From Candidatus Spongiisociaceae bacterium (GTDB taxonomy: Bacteria > Actinomycetota > Acidimicrobiia > Spongiisociales > Spongiisociaceae), in NCBI GenBank assembly GCA_965219685.1, contig CBDCOH010000002.1, forward strand, positions 1,536,001 to 1,600,000: a stretch of 64,000 bases of DNA. Direction: 5' to 3'. The position numbers and the translations under genes were made by a program. Under the pieces are notes generated by a model. That model was not told where the DNA came from. It searched no databases and worked only from the letters and a program-made list of their open reading frames with translations. Shown here in pieces: positions 1-9,246 of the stretch. The stretch's first letter is position 1. Each line of letters starts with the position of its first letter.

Positions 1-151
1 TGTCGACAGGCCACTTGACGGAGTCGAGGAACCCCCTCACATGGGTGGTCAACCAGAAGACGATCTCCTCGATCCACAGACCAAACGGGATCTCCCAGTC
101 ATCGAGGTTGCCGTTGTCCCAGAATCCGGAGGCGAGCGTTCTGGGATTCAC
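1..151 (-). CDS. proW: Glycine betaine/proline ABC transporter permease, N-terminal part (runs off window)
   Basis: GTG start overlaps the ATPase stop (GTGA). Translation MNPRTLASGFWDNGNLDDWEIPFGLWIEEIVFWLTTHVRGFLDSVKWPVD resembles ProW/OpuAB N-termini, and the position follows the ATPase. Confidence 0.65.
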   Translation of the reverse strand, partial: MNPRTLASGFWDNGNLDDWEIPFGLWIEEIVFWLTTHVRGFLDSVKWPVD

Positions 152-1362
152 TGTCTCGCGCTGGCCGGCTTCAATTGCTCGGCGACGCCCTCGGCCCGCC
201 CCAACTCGGCCAGGACAGTAAGGGGTCGGACCGATCCTACGAGCCTGCCGTCCCCATCGACCACGGCGACAGGCAGGCCCGATCCGAAGAGCTGGTACAC
301 CTTGGCCAGCACCGTGACTTCGGTGACGGTCGGCACCGTCTGGACCAGAGACCCCAACTGCTGGTCGCCGCGGGAACGCGCCATCTCGGCGGCTTCGCGG
401 GTGACCACCCCGAGAGGTCGCCCGCCGGAATCGACAACGTGGGCGGCCTCCACCCCGAGGCTGTCGATGGCCCCCAACACGTCGGCGACGGTCGCTCTCG
501 CCCCAACCGCGGCGGCGTCCTCGCGCACCGTCTCGACGGCCAGTACCCGGCCCTGATCGACGTCTTGGACGAACTCAGCCACGTACCGGGTCGCGGGGCG
601 GAGGAGGATGTCCTGTGGTGTGCCGATCTGATGGATGGCTCCGTCCTTCATGATGCACACCCGGGTACCGACCCGGAGCGCCTCGTTGAGATCGTGTGTG
701 ATGAAAAGGATCGTCTTTTGGAGATTGTCCTGGATCTCCATCAGCTCATCCTGCATCTGGCGGCGGATCAGCGGATCAAGGGCGCTGAAGGCTTCGTCCA
801 TGAGCAGGATGTCGGGATCGGTGGCGAGTGCCCGGGCAAGGCCCACCCTCTGCTGCATTCCTCCGCTGAGTTGCCGCGGGTAGCTGGTCTCGTAACCGCT
901 GAGCCCGACGAGCGCGAGCGCCCTCTCCGCCGCCTCGTTGCGCGCCTCGTGATCGACACCCTTCACCCTGAGTCCGAAGGAGACGTTCGAACGCACATCC
1001 TGGTGGGGAAAGAGAGCGAAGTGCTGGAACACCATGCCGGTGCTCTCGCGGCGAAAGGCCTGCAGCTCCTTGGGGCCGAGGGCTGTGACATCCGTCCCGT
1101 CGACTACGACCCTGCCCGCGGTCGGCTCGTAGAGCCGGTTCACACAACGTAGGAGGGTCGACTTACCCGAGCCGGACAGGCCCATCACCACGAAGATCTC
1201 CCCCTCCGCTACAGCGATGCTGGCGTTGTTGACACCCACAACGTGGCCCGTGCGCTCCCTGATCGCCTGCTTCGAACAGCCGGCCCACAGCAACTCGAGC
1301 GCCTCTCCGTGGGGATCGTCGCCAAAGATCTTGGTGACATTGCCGAGTTCGACTTTGGTCAA
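148..1362 (-). CDS. proV: Glycine betaine/L-proline ABC transporter ATP-binding protein with C-terminal CBS domains
   Basis: Walker A GLSGSGKST, LSGGMQQRVGLARALA, DEAFSALDPLIRRQMQDEL typical of ProV/OpuAA. Confidence 0.93.
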   Translation of the reverse strand: MTKVELGNVTKIFGDDPHGEALELLWAGCSKQAIRERTGHVVGVNNASIAVAEGEIFVVMGLSGSGKSTLLRCVNRLYEPTAGRVVVDGTDVTALGPKELQAFRRESTGMVFQHFALFPHQDVRSNVSFGLRVKGVDHEARNEAAERALALVGLSGYETSYPRQLSGGMQQRVGLARALATDPDILLMDEAFSALDPLIRRQMQDELMEIQDNLQKTILFITHDLNEALRVGTRVCIMKDGAIHQIGTPQDILLRPATRYVAEFVQDVDQGRVLAVETVREDAAAVGARATVADVLGAIDSLGVEAAHVVDSGGRPLGVVTREAAEMARSRGDQQLGSLVQTVPTVTEVTVLAKVYQLFGSGLPVAVVDGDGRLVGSVRPLTVLAELGRAEGVAEQLKPASARQ

Positions 1363-1903
1363 AACCTCTTCCCGTTCGCAGGACTGATCCGAAACCCTCG
1401 CAGTTGCCTAGCCCGCTTCACGGCACCCGTATCGACGATCGTAATCCCTGAAACTGACATCGTCTTCTCTTTAGGCTCCGTGTGACCGGATGACAACCCG
1501 GCACTGTTGGCCGCAGAAGGCGTCGACACCGCCGCGGTGTCGCCAGTCGCAGTCGAGACCAATCCCCGACGCAGGAGCACCGAGGCGTCTTGCGGGGTGG
1601 AACCGTGCACGTGTGTTCCAGCGGGGCTGTTCACCGGTCGGCACCCTAGAAAACACACCATCCGCGCCAGCACCGAGGCTCAGCGGCCGGAGGGTGCCGG
1701 TAGAGGCCAGGCCGTCCCTCATCGGATCGGGTTCTCGAACTCGGGGTCCTGCGGTCGGGACTCGGGACAGAGGTGCCACAACCACCACTGCGAGCTTCGG
1801 CATCCAGCAGCGCCATCGCGACACCTCCAGAAGAGACGACTTAGGGAGTTCCGTTACAAGACCTGTTGGTAAGGGTTTCTGGAGTCGTGTGAAGTGTGAA
1901 CAG

Positions 1904-1977
1904 TGGAGCTGAGGGGATTTGAACCCCTGACCCCCTCGTTGCGAACGAGGTGCTCTGCCGAACTGAGCTACAGCCCC
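1904..1977 (-). tRNA. tRNA-Ala(CGC); CCA not encoded
   Basis: Minus strand reads GGGGCTGTAGCTCAGTTCGGCAGAGCACCTCGTTCGCAACGAGGGGGTCAGGGGTTCAAATCCCCTCAGCTCCA: cloverleaf, anticodon arm CCTCG-TT-CGC-AA-CGAGG, G3:U70 Ala determinant, GTTC T-loop. Confidence 0.97.
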
Positions 1978-2032
1978 GAAGTCCCTCCATTGTACCCCGG
2001 CCGGGGTCCGGCGCCATACGCCCGCGTCGGTG

Positions 2033-2650
2033 TCACCGGCGTGCCATGTCGCGGCGGAGTCGCTCGGCTACGAGGGCCGAGGTGAGATCCGCCCGGCTGC
2101 GTTCGGTCAGACTGCGAGCCACGTCGGTCGTACGGCGCAGGCCTCCGGTCATACCGTCGGGGTAGTCGAGAGAAGCCAAGAGGTCCACCACCTCGTCCAT
2201 GATGGCCAGAATCCGCTCGGCCTCGTCGAAGTCCTCCATCCTCAACTGGTCGAGCAGCCGTCGCCTGAGCTCCCCTACTGCTTCGCCGAATCCCTTGAGG
2301 TACGGAACCATGGTCATCCCCAGTTCCCTGGCGGTAGGAAGATCGCCACCGGCCGACAGGGCCAGGAAGAGGCGTGCCTCTGCGTACTCCTTGGCCGCAT
2401 CGTTGAGAATCCCTATGTTGATGTCCGGGTGATCCGCCATGGCGACCGTCGAAGCCTCCAGCAGCATCCGCGCCTTCTCCAGGAGGACTCCCGCCGCTTC
2501 CACCTCTCCCCGGTGCGCGGAGCGGATCGCCTTGGCGGAACACCGGATCACCACGCGCCCGTTGGCGATAGCCGTCTCGCGCGCCTCGAACTTTGGGTCG
2601 AGTTCGGCACGTGCCGCCGCTTCGATAAGCGAGAGATCCGGAACGGACAT
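2033..2650 (-). CDS. Translin/TRAX (C3PO)-family protein
   Basis: All-helical 205 aa with RE...R.VIR.S..AI...HRG, KEYAEA, PYL.G.GE..GELRR and GLRR..DVAR motifs characteristic of prokaryotic translin-like proteins. Confidence 0.8.
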   Translation of the reverse strand: MSVPDLSLIEAAARAELDPKFEARETAIANGRVVIRCSAKAIRSAHRGEVEAAGVLLEKARMLLEASTVAMADHPDINIGILNDAAKEYAEARLFLALSAGGDLPTARELGMTMVPYLKGFGEAVGELRRRLLDQLRMEDFDEAERILAIMDEVVDLLASLDYPDGMTGGLRRTTDVARSLTERSRADLTSALVAERLRRDMARR

Positions 2651-2657
2651 GGCGGGC

Positions 2658-3113
2658 CTAGCTCGATCCGACGACCCTCACGCGGGGCGTCTCCACCTCG
2701 TCGTCGGCATGGGCCGCCAAAGCGGCCATCTCGCGAGACGCTGTCGTGATCCGCCTTAGCATCACGACATACCAGATGAGGAGAGCGTCGGCGGCTCCAT
2801 GAAGGACCAGGAGCCACCTTCCCCCGAAGATCACCACCGCGACCAGGCTTACGAGAGCGGTTCCCACAAAGATCGTCAGCGCCCTGCGCCGACGCGTCAC
2901 GACGGCAGCCCGGTCGAGCCCCCCTACGCTTCCTCCGACCGGATGGCTCGGACTCTGGTAGGTGTTAGGTGGCGTGCCGCCGTGCCGGCCCGGTCCGTCC
3001 AAGGCCTGACGCCGGGTAGGTGAGAAGAAGGAGGGGCGCCGATCGGCCCATAAGGGTGGAAGAAGAAACACGGCCCAAATGCCGGCGACTACTAGAAACA
3101 AGGCCCACGCCAT
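2658..3113 (-). CDS. SepX/GlpR-like membrane protein (actinobacterial divisome-associated)
   Basis: N-terminal TM helix (IWAVFLLP), RRRR followed by two TM helices; conserved position between moeA-moaC and tRNA-Ala. Confidence 0.6.
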   Translation of the reverse strand: MAWALFLVVAGIWAVFLLPPLWADRRPSFFSPTRRQALDGPGRHGGTPPNTYQSPSHPVGGSVGGLDRAAVVTRRRRALTIFVGTALVSLVAVVIFGGRWLLVLHGAADALLIWYVVMLRRITTASREMAALAAHADDEVETPRVRVVGSS

Positions 3114-3235
3114 CCCGGAACCGACTCCCTACTGTCGCAACCCTGACGGAGGTTATACCTGCCGGGAGACCAGTCCAAGCATTTCGAGCCCCGGCCGGGC
3201 CCGCCATTATCCGTCGGCAGGCACCCGCGCGCCGG

Positions 3236-3718
3236 TCAGAGCGCATCAGCGGACCAGGCGCCTGACCGGCCACCTGACTTGCTCAACAGGCGGAGCCGCT
3301 CGACGCGGACACCCCGCTCGATCCCCTTCACCATGTCGTACAGGGTGAGAGAGGCGATCGCCGCGGCCGTCATGGCCTCCATCTCTGCTCCGGTCCTGTC
3401 AGCGGTGCGCACGGTTGTCGTGATGAGAGCACAGGTGGCTGAGCGGCGGACATCGACTGTCACATCCGTCAGAGACAAGGGATGGCAGAGCGGAATCAGT
3501 TCGGAGGTCCTCTTCGCCGCCATGATTCCCGCCAGGCGAGCCGTCCCGATGGCGTCCCCCTTGGGCAAGCCACCATCGAAGATCAGGTCGAGGGTTGCCG
3601 CGGAGGCGACCAGCACCGCCTCCGCGGCAGCCCTCCTCTCGGTGACCGGCTTGTCACCCACATCGACCATACGGGCCCGACCATGCTCGTCGATGTGGGA
3701 GAGGCGCCCTTCACTCAC
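3236..3718 (-). CDS. moaC: Cyclic pyranopterin monophosphate synthase MoaC
   Basis: LSHIDEHGRARMVDVGDK, KGDA, LIPLCHPL, TGAEMEA, LTLYDMVK, KSGGRSG. Confidence 0.96.
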   Translation of the reverse strand: MSEGRLSHIDEHGRARMVDVGDKPVTERRAAAEAVLVASAATLDLIFDGGLPKGDAIGTARLAGIMAAKRTSELIPLCHPLSLTDVTVDVRRSATCALITTTVRTADRTGAEMEAMTAAAIASLTLYDMVKGIERGVRVERLRLLSKSGGRSGAWSADAL

Positions 3719-4943
3719 CCAGCACCTCGGATGCGGATCGGGTCTCGGGTGAGCGATACAGCTCGATCGTCACCTCGTCCCCTACCTCGACGTTCCCGGT
3801 GCCGACGGGGATCACCGCGAAGGCGTCAGCCCGGGCCAGAGACGACAGGACGTTCGACATCTGTGCTCCGCTGCTCCGCACATGGGTGACCCCGTCCCTC
3901 ACTTCGGTCACCACCCTGGTGAACACGGTCTTGCCCGGATGCGTACGCCATCTCTCTGCGGCGACGGCTGCGCTCATGGGCCGGAAAACCGAGTTGCAGC
4001 CCATCATGTGCAATAGCGCCGGCCTGGCGAACTGCTCGTAGGCGACCATGACCGATACCGGATTCCCCGGCAGTCCCAGGAGGGGGGTACCGTCGATGTG
4101 ACCGAAGGCGAAGGGTTTGGCCGGCTGCATGGCCACCTGCCAGAAGTCGACCGTGCCCAGCTCCCCGAGTATGGCCTTCACCAGGTCGTACTCACCCATC
4201 GAGACCCCGCCCGACGTCAGCACCATGTCCGACTCCGAGGCTCCCATCGCAAGCGCCTCGCGCAAAGCTCGGGCGTCATCCCCGACGATGCCCAGGTCGT
4301 ACACCTCGGCCCCCAGCCGCTCCAGGAGTCCCATGAGGAGTGGCCGGTTCGTGTCCCGGATCTGGCCCGGAGCCAGCGTCTCGGTGTCCGGTGCAAGAAC
4401 CTCGTCCCCGGTGGAGAGAACCGCCACCCTCGGGCGGCGGCGAACCAGCGGGGTCACGCCCAACGAGGCCAGCACCGCTATGTGGCGTGGGGTGAGTCGC
4501 TCCCCCACCTCGAAAACCGACTCCCCGGCAACCAGATCCCCGCCCGCCGGCCGGACGGCTGTGCCCCGCTCGGTCGCCGCGAGGATGCGTACCCCGTCGG
4601 GCAGAGGTTCGGTGTCCTCTACCTTCACGACCGTGTCCGCACCTTCCGGCATCGGTGCACCGGTCATGATCTTGATGGCGGAGCCGGGTACCACCCTCCC
4701 GCGCGCCACATGGCCCGCGGGCACGTCTTCGAGCAGGCCCAGCGTAACGGGAGCCGACCGGACATCCCCGCCTTGGACCGCGTACCCGTCCATGGCGGAA
4801 TTCGTAAATGGGGGCACGTCGTGGGGCGCGAGCACCGACCTCGCCAGGGCTAGGCCGAGCGCATCACCGAGCGGCACTTCCACTACCGGAAGCAGGGGAA
4901 CCGAGTCCAGGACGTCTCTCTGTGCATCGGTCAGCGGTCGCAT
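3711..4943 (-). CDS. moeA: Molybdopterin molybdotransferase MoeA (gephyrin-like)
   Basis: PPFTNSAMDGYA, IMTGAPMPEGAD, STGDE, TSGGVSMGEYD, GLPGNPVS. Confidence 0.96.
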   Translation of the reverse strand: MRPLTDAQRDVLDSVPLLPVVEVPLGDALGLALARSVLAPHDVPPFTNSAMDGYAVQGGDVRSAPVTLGLLEDVPAGHVARGRVVPGSAIKIMTGAPMPEGADTVVKVEDTEPLPDGVRILAATERGTAVRPAGGDLVAGESVFEVGERLTPRHIAVLASLGVTPLVRRRPRVAVLSTGDEVLAPDTETLAPGQIRDTNRPLLMGLLERLGAEVYDLGIVGDDARALREALAMGASESDMVLTSGGVSMGEYDLVKAILGELGTVDFWQVAMQPAKPFAFGHIDGTPLLGLPGNPVSVMVAYEQFARPALLHMMGCNSVFRPMSAAVAAERWRTHPGKTVFTRVVTEVRDGVTHVRSSGAQMSNVLSSLARADAFAVIPVGTGNVEVGDEVTIELYRSPETRSASEVLGE

Positions 4944-4946
4944 TGG

Positions 4947-5768
4947 TTACTCCTCGAGCAGTCTTCTCATGATGGCCTTCAGGCTCCCACCGTACTCCCT
5001 GCTGGCCGCGGCCAGGACGAAGTTGGCGTTCAGGAAGCCCGAAGGGTTGCCCACGTCGAGGATCTCCACATCGGTTACGTAGGCACGGCAACGGCCCTCT
5101 CCCGCCAATGCATCGATCGCGTCCGTAAGTTGGATCTCGCCGCCGTACCCCGGTCCGACATCTGCCAACTTCTCGAACACCTCGGGCATGAACAGGTACC
5201 GACCCTGGATGCACAACCGGGAGGGCGCCTCTGCAGGGGTTGGCTTCTCGACGGCGGCTCCGACCCCGACCACGTCTCCCTTGATGTCCGACCGTGGTGC
5301 GATCACACCCTTCGACGACAGCACGTCGATGGGCAGTTCCCGAACGCAGACGACCGAGTGTCCATCCCCGGAAGAGGACGCGAGGCGGTGGAGAATCGAC
5401 TCTCGGGGTCGGATCAGGTCGTCAGCGGTCAGCACGAAGAAGGGCCGGTCACCAACTGCCTCCCGGCTTCGCAATACCGCGTCCCCGAGACCGCGGGCCT
5501 GATTCTGCACGACGGACCGGACGGTCGCGCCCCGTGTGCCGGGTAGGTCGGCAAAGTGCCGTTCGATCATCCCGCCGGTGTCGGGATCCACGACCACGAT
5601 CACCTCCCCGACGCCGGCGCGCACCGCCTCTTCGACCACCCACTGGATGCTGGGACGGTCCACAACCGTCAGCAGCGCCTTGGGGATGGCGTTGGTAGCG
5701 GGCCGCATGCGCGTACCGCGTCCCGCCGCCGGGATCACCGCCACGTCGACATTCATCGTGGCGGGCAC
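4947..5768 (-). CDS. galU: UTP--glucose-1-phosphate uridylyltransferase
   Basis: VIPAAGRGTRMRPATNAIPK, GLGDA, VEKP, GGEIQLTDA, DVGNP. Confidence 0.9.
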   Translation of the reverse strand: MPATMNVDVAVIPAAGRGTRMRPATNAIPKALLTVVDRPSIQWVVEEAVRAGVGEVIVVVDPDTGGMIERHFADLPGTRGATVRSVVQNQARGLGDAVLRSREAVGDRPFFVLTADDLIRPRESILHRLASSSGDGHSVVCVRELPIDVLSSKGVIAPRSDIKGDVVGVGAAVEKPTPAEAPSRLCIQGRYLFMPEVFEKLADVGPGYGGEIQLTDAIDALAGEGRCRAYVTDVEILDVGNPSGFLNANFVLAAASREYGGSLKAIMRRLLEE

Positions 5769-5796
5769 CCCTCGGGTCCGGTCATCCGCGTCCCGG

Positions 5797-6381
5797 TCAT
5801 GACGTCAGCTTGCGTTCCGTGCCGGCCCGTAGCCGGGATAGGTTGGAACGGTGCCGGAGGACGATGAGCAACATGGTGGCACCGAACCAGGCCACGGCCG
5901 CGGTTTCGACGCCCGCAATGATGAGAGCCGGCACGGAAGTGACCGCGGCCGCCAGGGAACCCACGGCCGAGATCCGGGTCGCGGCCAGCCCGATGCCGTA
6001 CATCAGCACCATCGCGACCATGACCGGCGGCGACAGAGCGAGCGCGACCCCTCCCGCGGTGGCCACGCCCTTACCGCCGCGGAACCGGTGGAAGACCGGG
6101 TAGCAGTGGCCTGCGACCGCGCACAAGCCTGCCAGCGCGGCTGTCGCCGGGGTCCAGAGCAGCAACCCGACCAGTGCTGGGAGGAAGCCCTTCAGCAGGT
6201 CGGCCACGGTAACCAGCAGAGCGGGCCCTTTCCCTAGGCTCCGCAGCACGTTGGAAGCACCGGGGTTGCCGCTGCCCACCGCTCGAATATCCACACCGCG
6301 CGGCGCGGCGACCACCAGCGCGGTGTTAATGCTTCCCAGAAGATAGGCGCTGACGCATAGGGCAGCTATGCCGATGAACAT
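5797..6381 (-). CDS. plsY: Glycerol-3-phosphate acyltransferase PlsY
   Basis: YLLGSI, GSGNPGASN, DLLKG, GHCYPVF..FRGGKGVAT, RHRSNL.RL..GTE. Confidence 0.95.
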   Translation of the reverse strand: MFIGIAALCVSAYLLGSINTALVVAAPRGVDIRAVGSGNPGASNVLRSLGKGPALLVTVADLLKGFLPALVGLLLWTPATAALAGLCAVAGHCYPVFHRFRGGKGVATAGGVALALSPPVMVAMVLMYGIGLAATRISAVGSLAAAVTSVPALIIAGVETAAVAWFGATMLLIVLRHRSNLSRLRAGTERKLTS

Positions 6382-6475
6382 CGGGGATGATTCTATCCCG
6401 ACGATGGTATGCTTCCGTCCCGTACGTCCAGCCGACCCGGCACCGGCTGTACCGCGAGCTCACCGGAGACTTCCA

Positions 6476-6805
6476 ATGCCCACCTACGTGTACGAGTGCA
6501 GAGACTGCGGACACCGGTTCGAACTGTTCCAGAGCTTCTCGGCCGAGCCGCTGCGGACCTGCCCCCAGTGCCGGGAAGTCGCGCTCCGGAAGGTACTGTT
6601 CCCCGCCGGAGTCGTCTTCAAGGGTTCGGGGTTCTATGTGAACGACTCTCGAGGTCCCCGCCCCAAGAAGTCCTCCACCGACTCCAAGCCCGCCGACGGT
6701 GAGACGCCGGCCGGCGAGAAGTCCGCCACTTCGGAGAAGTCGCCCGCCTCTTCCAACGGCTCGCCCAAGAAGGGAAGAGAGCCGGCAAGGTCCGGAGCCA
6801 AGTAG
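6476..6805 (+). CDS. FmdB-family zinc-ribbon protein
   Basis: MPTYVYECRDCGHRFE...CPQC...FKGSGFY plus low-complexity tail; start reassigned to ATG 6476. Confidence 0.9.
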   Translation: MPTYVYECRDCGHRFELFQSFSAEPLRTCPQCREVALRKVLFPAGVVFKGSGFYVNDSRGPRPKKSSTDSKPADGETPAGEKSATSEKSPASSNGSPKKGREPARSGAK

Positions 6806-6983
6806 GCCAGCGCACACGCACAAGTGCGTCGCTCCCCGGACACCCACCCCGCCGTTGATCGGAGAAGCCTCGCCGAGTGATCGCGCTCCAGGGTGTCTTG
6901 GCCGGCCGAGTGGCTTCGAGCCATCCGACCGACGGGATCGGCCCTGAACTACCGAGACCGGAAACTACCTGATCTAACGATTA

Positions 6984-7032
6984 CTACCGACTATCCACTA
7001 GCAACTAACAACTAGCAACTAACAACTAAAGT
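6984..7032. repeat. Heptamer array (CTA-N4)x7, degenerate
   Basis: CTACCGA CTATCCA CTAGCAA CTAACAA CTAGCAA CTAACAA CTAAAGT in exact 7-bp phase, immediately upstream of mobA. Confidence 0.85.
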
Positions 7033-7038
7033 AACAGC

Positions 7039-7626
7039 GTGCGCGGTGTGGTAGGCGTCATTCTCGCCGGCGGTGAATCCACCCGGATGGGCACCGACAA
7101 GGCGTCGTTCGAACTCCACGGACGGCCCATGGTCGAGTGGGTAGCCGATGCGATGACCGGTTTCGCCACGGTGGTAGTCGTAGGGCGCCGCCGGGGACCG
7201 GCCGGGTTGGAGGCGGTGGCGGACCTGCACCCGAGTGCGGCGGGCCCCCTCAGCGGCCTGCAGACGGCTCTCACGGTGTGGCGATCGCCGGTAGTGCTCG
7301 TGGCGGTCGACCAACCACTCGTGCGGTCCGAGACCCTCGCCCGCCTGGGCGAACGGGCCGCGGCAAACGAGACAGCAATCTGCATCGACGGCAGGCCGCA
7401 GGTCACCTGCGCCGCATATGCAACCACCTGTCTGGGAGAGGCGAACCGCCAGCTCAGGACCGGGGGATCCATCCAGCAGATGCTGAAGTCGGTTCCGTGG
7501 ACCAGGGTCGAGCGTCACGACTGGTCCGCATGGGGTGAGGACGGCCGTTCCTGGTTCTCCATGGATACGCCCGACGACCTGATCGCCGCCGAGCAGCGGT
7601 TCAGGCTGGATCTGCTCGGTGGGTAG
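7039..7626 (+). CDS. mobA: Molybdenum cofactor guanylyltransferase
   Basis: ILAGGESTRMGTDKA, GPLSGL, VAVDQP, MDTPDDL. Confidence 0.9.
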   Translation: MRGVVGVILAGGESTRMGTDKASFELHGRPMVEWVADAMTGFATVVVVGRRRGPAGLEAVADLHPSAAGPLSGLQTALTVWRSPVVLVAVDQPLVRSETLARLGERAAANETAICIDGRPQVTCAAYATTCLGEANRQLRTGGSIQQMLKSVPWTRVERHDWSAWGEDGRSWFSMDTPDDLIAAEQRFRLDLLGG

Positions 7627-7720
7627 ATGGTGAGTGGTGAATGGTGAATGGTGAATAGCTTGCCGAGGTCATCCGTGCGATGGACTTAACCAGCCACCAG
7701 CCACCAGCCACCATTCACCA
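7624..7720. repeat. Head-to-head heptamer arrays (TGGTGAR)x4 ... (CCAGCCA)x3-CCATTCA-CCA
   Basis: G-rich units at 7628-7658 after the mobA TAG; C-rich units at 7690-7720; imperfect inverted pair. Confidence 0.85.
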
Positions 7721-7764
7721 ACGTCCCCCTTCCCACCGGCGCGGTCTATCGGTACTTTGGACGG

Positions 7765-8316
7765 GTGCTGTGGTTGTCCCGTCCCCCTTACATCCGATGG
7801 ACGCTCATCGGGCTCGTGGTCCTCGTCAGCCTGTGGTTGGAGCTCCGGCCCTCCCCCACCGTGAGCCATCCATTCCTCACACGTGATCTGGGCCGCGGGG
7901 AGTCGGTCGAGGATGCTCTCGAGTGGCGTGAAATCCCGCCCGGCGTGCTGGAAGCCGTCTCCGGTGCCGGATTCACCAACCGCCGCCTTGCCGGTGGCCA
8001 GCCCCTGCTTCCGGGCGACACCACCGATATGTTCATATCCGTCCCGCCCGGATGGTGGCTGGTGGATGTGGCGGTACCCGTTGAGGCAACCGCCGGGACC
8101 CGGGTCCAACTCGTGATCCTGCCCTCGCCCGGGCACCTCCCGGTCCCACCCATCGGCGGGCTGGTGACCGGCGTACGAAGCGGCCCGTACGAGGATGATG
8201 GTCTCATCGGCACCGTGGCCCTGCCTCCCGACCGGGCCGCCACAGCCGCGGTCGCAGTCGCCGAAAAGCGGGTATCCGTGCTGGTGGAGGCCTACGGAGA
8301 GCGCGCGGGCGACTAG
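7765..8316 (+). CDS. SAF-domain / CpaB-like protein
   Basis: N-terminal TM helix, RDLGRGE..., RRLAGGQPLL, VPPGWW.V.V; usual actinobacterial neighbour of fmdB. Confidence 0.65.
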   Translation: MLWLSRPPYIRWTLIGLVVLVSLWLELRPSPTVSHPFLTRDLGRGESVEDALEWREIPPGVLEAVSGAGFTNRRLAGGQPLLPGDTTDMFISVPPGWWLVDVAVPVEATAGTRVQLVILPSPGHLPVPPIGGLVTGVRSGPYEDDGLIGTVALPPDRAATAAVAVAEKRVSVLVEAYGERAGD

Positions 8317-8325
8317 CTTGAAGCC

Positions 8326-9090
8326 GTGCTGGAAGCGATCGTCTGGGGACTAGTCCAAGGTCTCACCGAGTTCCTACCCGTCTCGTCGAGCGGCCATCTC
8401 CGGGTAGTTCCAGACCTGTTGGGTCTGGAGCCACCGGATCTCGCCACCTCCGCCGTCCTGCACCTCGGAACGCTCGTGGCCGTCCTAGCCTTCTACCGCC
8501 GTGACATCCGCTGGATGGTGGGGGGGATGCGTCACGAAAGGAGCGCCCGGCGGTTGGTCCTCTTAGTCGTGATTGCCACCATCCCGGCGGTGGTAGCCGG
8601 GACGGTCCTCGCCGATCAGGTCGAGCGATTCCGGGAGTCCTCCACGGCGGTGGGTACAGCACTCGTGGCAACCGGCGCCATCCTGCTGGCATCCAGATTC
8701 CTTACGGAGCGCAGCCGGAATGCAGAGGATCTCTCCACCCTTGACTCCGTCGGCTTGGGCGTGGCCCAGGCATTGGCCCTCCTGCCCGGGATCTCGCGGT
8801 CCGGAATGGTGATCACGACCGGGTTGGCTCGGGGCTTGTCGGGTACGCAGGCCGCCCGGTTCGCGTTTCTCATGGCGATCCCGGTGACCCTGGGAGCGGG
8901 AGCCCGGGAAGTACTCACAGTCACCAGTACCGGCGTCCATCTCCCTGAACTTGCGGCCGGAACCCTGGTAGCGGCCGCTTCCGGCTACTGGGCCATTGCG
9001 CTCCTCATCAGGGCCCTGGAGCGTCATGGCATCTGGCCGTTCTCGACCTACTGCTTCCTGGTCGGCGCCATCGCCCTTATCTGGCTCTGA
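8326..9090 (+). CDS. uppP: Undecaprenyl-diphosphate phosphatase
   Basis: VQGLTEFLPVSSSGHL, HLGTL, PGISRSG, ARFAFLMAIP. Confidence 0.96.
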   Translation: MLEAIVWGLVQGLTEFLPVSSSGHLRVVPDLLGLEPPDLATSAVLHLGTLVAVLAFYRRDIRWMVGGMRHERSARRLVLLVVIATIPAVVAGTVLADQVERFRESSTAVGTALVATGAILLASRFLTERSRNAEDLSTLDSVGLGVAQALALLPGISRSGMVITTGLARGLSGTQAARFAFLMAIPVTLGAGAREVLTVTSTGVHLPELAAGTLVAAASGYWAIALLIRALERHGIWPFSTYCFLVGAIALIWL

Positions 9091-9215
9091 CCGCGACCGA
9101 ATGCAGTCGCTCGGACCGGCAATCGCCGGGCACCGCACCAGATGAGTGGTTCAAGGCATCTGACCGGAAGCGACCGCGCTGTATTAACTAATCCGAGCTA
9201 ACCCTCACCACCCGG

Positions 9216-9246
9216 TTACCAACTACCAACTACCAACTACCAACTA
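9216..9246. repeat. Heptamer array (TAGTTGG)x4 on minus strand, starting at the apbC stop codon
   Basis: TTACCAA CTACCAA CTACCAA CTACCAA CTA. Confidence 0.85.

Noticed and set aside
1880-1977. tRNA 3' end as an integration site
   Set aside because: No integrase and no duplicated tRNA 3' fragment seen in the window; the GTGTGAA x2 next to it is too short to interpret.
7624-7720. TAG plus downstream structure as a pyrrolysine or other recoding signal
   Set aside because: The proteins are complete at the TAG, further in-frame stops follow within the arrays, and no pyl genes are present.
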